Shown: in pieces, positions 40,682 to 46,502 of the stretch
How positions within the stretch are numbered: position 1 is the first letter of the stretch
How the letters are laid out: every line of letters starts with the position of its first letter
DNA from: a virus
Reading direction: 5' to 3' (one strand)
IMG/VR virus record: IMGVR_UViG_3300033148_000641
Coordinates: 1 to 46,502 of that record
Length of the DNA stretch: 46,502 bases
Program-made: the position numbers and the translations under genes
Notes under the pieces: model-generated
Databases searched by the model: none
What the model saw: only the letters and a program-made list of their open reading frames with translations
What the model was told of the DNA's origin: nothing

Positions 40682-41274
40682 AAGTCCTATCTAAATCAGA
40701 AGATAAAGAACTTCTGGATACATTCATAGAGGATAATGGCCTCTCTTTAGCTATCGCTTTAATAGATGGCGCGGATGAACTTGCGCTAGAGTTTAGTATA
40801 TCGGAGATGCATCGACTACATACTAATATCGGTTCCAATGGTAAACAGTTCGATGATGAAGATGAGGAGTCTGAAGCTATCTGGGAAATCCTGGAAGAAA
40901 GCGAAGATGACTTCCCCGACTTCACCAAAGCATTAGGTAAGAAGATCGCAAAGGGTGACGGTGAAAAACCTACCAAGGGTTCTACCAAATCGTCTAAACC
41001 TAAAGCCGCTCCTAAGAGTAAAGGTATCCGAGCCAAAGATCTCATGGGTATGAGCTTCTGCAAAGGTCCGAAGGATCCTCGTAAGGGCACATCGTTTGAA
41101 ATCTTCACCAGCTTCCTAGAAGACAATCTGGACGAAGCTACATTCGATGAGCTGGTCGCCGCATTCATTAAAGGGTATGTACCAAAGAATCCTAAGAAAC
41201 CAGTAGACGAAGCTCTAGGTCGCGCTTATGTACGTGATGCATTTAATGGCGGTTACATTGAGGAGGGATTGTAA
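40651..41274 (+). CDS. Hypothetical protein with acidic N-half and Lys/Pro/Ser linker
   Basis: 207 aa. KPTKGSTKSSKPKAAPKSKG linker. Architecture parallels 39848..40312. Confidence 0.6.
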   Translation: MHFLIDFDKLEVLSKSEDKELLDTFIEDNGLSLAIALIDGADELALEFSISEMHRLHTNIGSNGKQFDDEDEESEAIWEILEESEDDFPDFTKALGKKIAKGDGEKPTKGSTKSSKPKAAPKSKGIRAKDLMGMSFCKGPKDPRKGTSFEIFTSFLEDNLDEATFDELVAAFIKGYVPKNPKKPVDEALGRAYVRDAFNGGYIEEGL

Positions 41275-41277
41275 GTT

Positions 41278-42537
41278 ATGCGTATCCTGATAACTCATTT
41301 TCACATCCAAGATTGGGGCGGTATTGTTAACTACAGCGAGTTTATGGCGCGTGGTTTAAAGCAGCTCGGTCATACGGTAGATAGCGTTATGCTGAAAAAT
41401 AAGGGGATTACCGGAGTACCTAAAATAAAGGACAGGAGCGGACAGCAGGGTTGGGAATACGGCGATGGTTTAGGGTTATGGATGCATCAGAAATCTGGCT
41501 GGGAAGGTATGTTCCAACTGAATTATGCTGCAAATATGGAACAATGGGGAGACACAGCAGATAGTTACGACCTCATCCTACATCATATCCCTGTGCCGAC
41601 CTGCACCAAAGCTAACAAAGGTGACGAAGCTTGGTTACAAGTATTCAAGAACCACATGACACCTCAGTTAGTTGTTGTGCATGATGGTAATATGCAGAAG
41701 CTATATCCTCATATCCTTAATATCGTAGATGATATTGAAGGTGTGGTCTGTGTTCATGATGCAGCATTTAACTCATGCAGCGTATTACCAGTACGGAGAG
41801 CGTTCATTCCCAATCCTCACAATGTGCCTGAAGATCTTTCTGTCAAAGAACCTTATGATCGGTCAGATACCATCCTATCATTGCAAACATTTAAACGCTG
41901 GAAACGTGTCGATGATCTCATCCGTGCGATAGCGTATATGGACGAATTTACAAATAAGATGATCTGCGGCGGTGGTATTGAATATCACTATATGACTTCC
42001 AAGGATAAATGTAAACCTGAATATATCAATGAAGACGGTAGTCGTATTTGGGATAAAGCGTTACTGAACGGTATGGATTATCTAGGGTACATTACCACCG
42101 AAGAACGTGATAAGCATCTAAGTGATGCTAAGTTATTAGTAGATCCTAGTTGGTCTAAGAACTATTCTAAGTTGGGCTGTCACTTCAACCGCGTGATGGT
42201 TGAAGCCATGATTCAGGGTTGTGTACCAGTGTGTACCGACTTAGCTATGAAGGGTAGTTTCTTGTTTGAAGCTAATCGGAATTATATTGAGATACCGTAC
42301 GATTCAACTCCTGAGCAATATGCTAAGATCTTGGATGACGCTATCGAAGATGAATGTTTGTTACATGGAATCCAAGATAACAATATTAAGATGTTATCGT
42401 TATTCGCCTGTGAAACAATAGCTCAAACGGTTCTAGATTTTGCAGATGGGCAGGGTGGTGAAGTAGGTGAAGTCACTGATGAAATCTACGCGGCTGCTGA
42501 AAAGAAGATGGAGCATTTCGATGAATTTAATTCCTAA
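41278..42537 (+). CDS. GT-B fold glycosyltransferase (GT4/GT1-like)
   Basis: N-terminal MRILITHFHIQDWGGIVNY...LGHTV and C-terminal VMVEAMIQGCVPVCTD (E-x7-E region pattern). Confidence 0.7.
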   Translation: MRILITHFHIQDWGGIVNYSEFMARGLKQLGHTVDSVMLKNKGITGVPKIKDRSGQQGWEYGDGLGLWMHQKSGWEGMFQLNYAANMEQWGDTADSYDLILHHIPVPTCTKANKGDEAWLQVFKNHMTPQLVVVHDGNMQKLYPHILNIVDDIEGVVCVHDAAFNSCSVLPVRRAFIPNPHNVPEDLSVKEPYDRSDTILSLQTFKRWKRVDDLIRAIAYMDEFTNKMICGGGIEYHYMTSKDKCKPEYINEDGSRIWDKALLNGMDYLGYITTEERDKHLSDAKLLVDPSWSKNYSKLGCHFNRVMVEAMIQGCVPVCTDLAMKGSFLFEANRNYIEIPYDSTPEQYAKILDDAIEDECLLHGIQDNNIKMLSLFACETIAQTVLDFADGQGGEVGEVTDEIYAAAEKKMEHFDEFNS

Positions 42538-43393
42538 AGAGGAAGAACTCAATACGTTATTTTATTGGATGCAGGAGCGTCATCGTATACACCATCGTAA
42601 ATTATCTAGTTGTTCAAAGCCATGGACTGAGGATCCTGTTCTTCAGGATTACAGGTTCTGTAATGTATTTCGTGAATTAGACACTACCACTATCTGGATG
42701 AAAGAAAACATTCGTGACAAGTACGCCGACCATCCTTATCTATGGTTTGCCTTTGCAGTGGCGCGTCGTATTAATCTCATCGATACGCTTGAAGATCTTG
42801 GTAAGCTACTGGTTGAGTGGGATTCAGGGTTCGCTGAGGACGTATTAAACAGTCGCAAAGAAGCAGGTCTACAGATTTACAACGGCGCGTATATGCTTAC
42901 AACAGGCGGGCAAGCTGTTCCAAAGAACCATCATACCTGTGTGAATATTGGAGACCCCCTGTGGAACAGACGAGAGCATATCAGTGAAATTCTCGAGTCA
43001 CAGCAACTATCATTGGAAGGGGTTTTCAATTTATTTGCTACTGGTAATCCTGGAATTAGTGGGTTCATAGCTTATGAAATGGTCACTGATATGCGACATA
43101 CTCGTTATCTAAAAGATGCTCCTGATATTTATACATGGGCTAATGCCGGTCCAGGAGCTATGCGAGGCCTCAATAGAATCTTTGAACGTCCTATTGATAA
43201 GAAATTAAAACCTTGTCAGTCTAATACGGAAATGTTATACTTGCTCCAAGAGGCTGAGTTATATCTGCCCGAGTCATTTCCTAAGTTGGAGATGAGAGAT
43301 ATAGAACACTCACTATGTGAATTTGATAAGTACCAACGTGTGAAAACTGAGAAAGGTTTTCTAAGACAAAAATATAATGGAAGAGGTGAATAG
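42521..43393 (+). CDS. aGPT-Pplase-like / DNA base hypermodification family protein (tentative)
   Basis: KPWTEDPVLQDYRFCNVFRELDTTTIW matches the signature I recall for this family. The ATG at 42521 has a GGAG RBS and overlaps the glycosyltransferase 3' end by 17 nt. Confidence 0.5.
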   Translation: MNLIPKEEELNTLFYWMQERHRIHHRKLSSCSKPWTEDPVLQDYRFCNVFRELDTTTIWMKENIRDKYADHPYLWFAFAVARRINLIDTLEDLGKLLVEWDSGFAEDVLNSRKEAGLQIYNGAYMLTTGGQAVPKNHHTCVNIGDPLWNRREHISEILESQQLSLEGVFNLFATGNPGISGFIAYEMVTDMRHTRYLKDAPDIYTWANAGPGAMRGLNRIFERPIDKKLKPCQSNTEMLYLLQEAELYLPESFPKLEMRDIEHSLCEFDKYQRVKTEKGFLRQKYNGRGE

Positions 43394-43395
43394 CT

Positions 43396-43644
43396 ATGTT
43401 TCATGTGTGGAAAGCAGAACCTATTGAATTTGAAGGTATTGAGCATGGATATTCTTTCGCTTCTGATTATTATAAATGTAGAGAAATAAGAGGGATCAGA
43501 CATTATAGAATAACTATGAAAGGTTTATGGAAAATCAAAGAAGGTCGTCTGTGCAAACAGACCCATAACTTTATGGTGTATTTGGCTGGTTCTGGTAAGA
43601 GATTAGTTAATGAAGAAAAATATGAAAACGGAGACATAAGATAA
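43396..43644 (+). CDS. Hypothetical protein
   Basis: 82-aa ORF with TAATG coupling to the next gene. Confidence 0.5.
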   Translation: MFHVWKAEPIEFEGIEHGYSFASDYYKCREIRGIRHYRITMKGLWKIKEGRLCKQTHNFMVYLAGSGKRLVNEEKYENGDIR

Positions 43645-44648
43645 TGTACGTTATTAACGCTAAGAATGTAAATGATGCTTTATCCCAAGGTATCAAATTA
43701 ATGATGACAATGGGGGAAGGTTTAGGGAGCCGAGCAGGAGATACACTTGAAGTACCGTTCCCTGTTTCAACAGTGTACCATCATCCTCAACAGCGGGTTC
43801 TTATTAGTAAGGTTCGCGATGCCAACCCCTTCTTCCATCTAATGGAGGCTCTGTGGATTCTAGCAGGTCGTGAAGATGTTAAATTCCTAGCCGAATTTAA
43901 TGCACGTATGCGAGACTACAGCGACGATGGTCTTGTATTCAATGCGCCTTATGGTCATCGCTTAAGAGAAGGGATTAGTATCCTTCAGGATCAACTTGAA
44001 AAAGTAATAATGGTGTTAAAGAAAGACCCTTATACTCGTCAAGCGATTTGTCAAATCTGGGATGATGCTGATTTAGGTAGGGCTACCAAAGACAAAGCGT
44101 GTAACATGTCTATCGTGTTCCGTGTACGAGACGGTAAACTTTGTATGACGGTCTACAACCGTTCCAATGATGTGATCTGGGGAGCATACGGTGCGAACGC
44201 GGTTCAGTTTAGTATGATCCAGGAATATGTAGCCGCTCATCTTGGTATGCCGATGGGTACTTATACTCAGGTTAGTAATTCATATCATATCTATACCAGT
44301 GGTGTCGCAGGTGATCTATGGTTTAAGCTATCTAAGGAATATGATATTACCGCCATTCCTTACGACCAAGTGGATCAAATGGTAGTTATGCATCATGATG
44401 ATATGGAAGCGTTTGAAAAAGATCTTCGCTTATTCTTTGCTATCTATGATCAATATAACATCGACGAAATTCTAAATACAGATAGCTGGGAATCTGCATA
44501 CTTTATTAATCTAGTTATTCCTATGCTAAATGTTCATCGTCAGCATAAATTACATGGCGCTAATGAAGCTTTGAATTATACCAGATATATCCAAGCCGAT
44601 GACTGGTGTATGGCTGCTGAAGATTGGCTAGAGAACAGGGTGAAATAA
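43644..44648 (+). CDS. Thymidylate synthase-fold enzyme (ThyA-like; candidate dUMP hydroxymethylase)
   Basis: Aligns by eye to ThyA: FFHLMEALWILAG (E58 region), APYGHRLR, KKDPYTRQAICQIWD, KACNMS (catalytic Cys), YNRSND, SYHIY. About 100 aa of unrelated C-terminal extension. Confidence 0.7.
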   Translation: MYVINAKNVNDALSQGIKLMMTMGEGLGSRAGDTLEVPFPVSTVYHHPQQRVLISKVRDANPFFHLMEALWILAGREDVKFLAEFNARMRDYSDDGLVFNAPYGHRLREGISILQDQLEKVIMVLKKDPYTRQAICQIWDDADLGRATKDKACNMSIVFRVRDGKLCMTVYNRSNDVIWGAYGANAVQFSMIQEYVAAHLGMPMGTYTQVSNSYHIYTSGVAGDLWFKLSKEYDITAIPYDQVDQMVVMHHDDMEAFEKDLRLFFAIYDQYNIDEILNTDSWESAYFINLVIPMLNVHRQHKLHGANEALNYTRYIQADDWCMAAEDWLENRVK

Positions 44649-44649
44649 G

Positions 44650-45165
44650 ATGGATATCAATCAATTACATATATGGCGTAAAGGTTTAAAAGTTGAGCGT
44701 ATGCATACCATCACTCATGTTACCCCTTACAATAATGGTTTCCATAGTTGTAACGCGGCTCTGATTGCTCATGAGCTATGTCAACTCAATGGTATAGATA
44801 GTGCATCAGTCGTCCGCTATATGTTATTACATGACATCGCTGAAGCGTATGTCGGCGACACTCCTGCTGATGTTAAGAGGGATTTCCCTGCAATCAAATT
44901 AGCATTGCAAGAAGCCGAGGGACATTGGGAAGAACGAAATATACCCAACATACCTGATTTAGCCATTACTGAAAAGATTATTGCTAAGATAGCAGATACT
45001 GCTGAGCTAGGTATGTATTGTCTTGAAGAGCTTCATTTAGGTAATAAGAACGCGATGCCCGTACTACTTAAAGTTATACAATTTCTTCAGGAATACCCTA
45101 AAGAGATAGCAGGTGTCAGTCAATTCTTAGACCATTTCATAATCGTAAAAGCAGGGGAACTATAA
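44650..45165 (+). CDS. HD-domain phosphohydrolase (YfbR-like 5'-deoxynucleotidase family)
   Basis: H...LLHDIAEAYVGDTP...D pattern. Confidence 0.7.
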   Translation: MDINQLHIWRKGLKVERMHTITHVTPYNNGFHSCNAALIAHELCQLNGIDSASVVRYMLLHDIAEAYVGDTPADVKRDFPAIKLALQEAEGHWEERNIPNIPDLAITEKIIAKIADTAELGMYCLEELHLGNKNAMPVLLKVIQFLQEYPKEIAGVSQFLDHFIIVKAGEL

Positions 45166-45542
45166 TGGAAGTCAACGACTATCAAGTAGGCGGTGATCAC
45201 TATGTTAGAGATTACCAACATTGGGATTTTGTAATCGATACAGGTATGCATTATCTATTAGGATGCGCTACCAAATACATCACACGCTGGAGAAAGAAGA
45301 ACGGTCTTGAGGATCTTAAGAAGCCCATCCATTATTTAGCCAAAGCTGAAGACGCGGGTATTGAAGCTCCTGTATGTAGTCCTATTTTCGTAGACCGTTT
45401 TGTGCAGGAAATGGAAACTGAAGATGCGATGATTGTTCGCGCTATTATGCAGAATGACTTCAAAGCCGCTAAATATCTAATCGAAGGACTGATAGCCCTT
45501 ACCGAATCAGGTGCAGATCGCAACTACGTAGATCAGGATTAA
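45165..45542 (+). CDS. DUF3310 (SaV-like) protein
   Basis: YQVGGDHY...WDF...GCATKYITRWRKKNGLEDLKKPIHYL pattern. Confidence 0.6.
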   Translation: MEVNDYQVGGDHYVRDYQHWDFVIDTGMHYLLGCATKYITRWRKKNGLEDLKKPIHYLAKAEDAGIEAPVCSPIFVDRFVQEMETEDAMIVRAIMQNDFKAAKYLIEGLIALTESGADRNYVDQD

Positions 45543-45546
45543 TACC

Positions 45547-46095
45547 ATGTCATTAATATCATATCACAGATTAAGAGAATTGGTCAACGAAGGAGTCATC
45601 AATGCTCCCCTTGAAAACATCAACGGCACGAGCATTGATATCACAATAGGCGAACATATTCTGGTTGAGCAACCTCATAGTTTCTGTTATGAAGTGGTTG
45701 ACCTGAAGTCTAAAGGTTCCCTTAAATTGTTAGAGAAAACTATTCCAGATATTGGATACGGTTTACGCCCGAATGAGTTTATCCTCGCAACCAGTCAAGA
45801 GACGTTTAACCTACCCAATAATATCTCTGCGGAATACAAACTGAAGAGCTCATTGGCGCGTTCAGGCCTTGAACATCTGATGGCGGGTTGGTGTGATCCT
45901 GGATGGAACAAGAGCAAGCTAACTCTTGAGCTTAAGAACTTAACTCAGAACCATATCCTACTTCTAAAACCAGGAATGAAGATCGGTCAAGTTGTTTTCT
46001 GGGAATGTGACCCTGTTCCTGATTATGCTGATTATAGCAATACTGGTCAATACAATGGTCAGGAAACTGTAACGGCGAACAAAGGCGTTCGCTAA
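45547..46095 (+). CDS. dcd: dCTP deaminase family protein
   Basis: LRPNEFILATSQETFNLP, KSSLARSGL, GWCDPGW, LTLELKN, KIGQVVF: the Dcd/dUTPase-fold motif series. Confidence 0.8.
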   Translation: MSLISYHRLRELVNEGVINAPLENINGTSIDITIGEHILVEQPHSFCYEVVDLKSKGSLKLLEKTIPDIGYGLRPNEFILATSQETFNLPNNISAEYKLKSSLARSGLEHLMAGWCDPGWNKSKLTLELKNLTQNHILLLKPGMKIGQVVFWECDPVPDYADYSNTGQYNGQETVTANKGVR

Positions 46096-46502
46096 TGGAT
46101 CTGTCTAAACTTCTCACTTTAGATATTGAATGCTATGAGAATTATTTCTTAGCTATGTTCAGGAAAGTTACCACTGGGCAGATTATGTATTTTGAGAAGT
46201 TTAATGATTCTGATTTAAACAAGGTCAACATATTCCATATCATCAATAAATATACCATCATCACTTTCAATGGTATTAAGTTTGATGAGGTCGTACTCTC
46301 TGCTGCTCTTGCTGGTTTTAGTAACAAGGCGATTCACAAAGTTGTTAAGACACTTATCGAGGACAGACGGCAACCTTGGCAAGTTCGTAAGGAATTTGGT
46401 ATTGCCCGATTGGATATTGACCACATAGATATAATCGAAGTTGCACCATTAAGTACGAATCTTAAAATCTATGGCGGTCGCATTCATTGTCCTAAAATGA
46501 AA
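46095..46502 (+). CDS. DNA polymerase, family B-like, 5' part (runs off the window end; continues at base 115)
   Basis: The ATG at 46095 forms a TAATG overlap with the dcd stop. Open to base 46502. LDIECYE (ExoI) and FNGIKFD (ExoII). In frame with 1..1575 through the 114-nt overlap. Confidence 0.8.
   Translation, partial: MDLSKLLTLDIECYENYFLAMFRKVTTGQIMYFEKFNDSDLNKVNIFHIINKYTIITFNGIKFDEVVLSAALAGFSNKAIHKVVKTLIEDRRQPWQVRKEFGIARLDIDHIDIIEVAPLSTNLKIYGGRIHCPKMK
46389..46502. repeat. Terminal overlap copy B (identical to 1..114)
   Basis: Direct comparison with the window start. Confidence 0.95.

Noticed and set aside
40629-41168. 179-aa Ser/Leu-rich ORF on the minus strand
   Set aside because: It is the antisense shadow of the better-supported plus-strand gene 40651..41274. 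It has low-complexity composition and no RBS, and it would interrupt a co-directional operon.
42467-42520. Longer 308-aa version of the Pplase-like ORF
   Set aside because: The first 18 codons lie deep inside the glycosyltransferase gene and encode a basic low-complexity peptide. The ATG at 42521 has a GGAG RBS.

Overview
The window is one complete tailed-phage genome plus a short assembly overlap. Bases 1..114 are repeated exactly at 46389..46502, so the unit length is 46388 bp. The family-B-like DNA polymerase gene runs across this artificial junction (46095..46502 continues into 1..1575).

Two divergent transcription arms leave a ~200-bp control region at 35541..35737.

- Plus arm (35738 -> junction -> 4251), early/replication genes: a very acidic first gene, a DUF2786-like protein, a Cas4-like PD-(D/E)XK exonuclease, an SSB-like protein, and two proteins with Lys/Ala/Pro linkers. 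A nucleotide/DNA-modification block follows: GT-B glycosyltransferase, aGPT-Pplase-like protein, thymidylate-synthase-fold enzyme, HD hydrolase, DUF3310-like protein, dCTP deaminase. Then come DNA polymerase, VRR-NUC, peptide deformylase and an SNF2 helicase.
- Minus arm (35540 -> 4237): a Cro-like HTH, a prim-pol/SF3 primase-helicase, a DEDDh exonuclease and about 17 small unknown ORFs. The late genes follow: terminase, portal, MuF-like, scaffold, capsid, connector, sheath/tube contractile tail, baseplate, fibre, and a translationally coupled lysis cassette.

I found no integrase, CI-type repressor, tRNA or CRISPR array.

Most interesting observations:
1. A putative thymidine replacement/hypermodification module (41278..46095) whose gene combination does not match the described pathways.
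2. The large terminase is split by a +1 frame change at a T5 run that ends in a TAG stop.
3. A canonical A_AAT_TTA -1 frameshift site with a downstream hairpin lies in the tail chaperone gene.
4. A tandem gene duplication sits between terminase and portal, and a tandem triplication sits downstream of the tail fibre.
5. A conserved AAAACAGGAAAACAG leader/RBS motif follows a TTGCTT-N17-AATAAT promoter family.
6. Several structured intergenic regions are present.

Functional calls rest on motifs read from the translations, on gene order, and on remembered family signatures. No database search was run.
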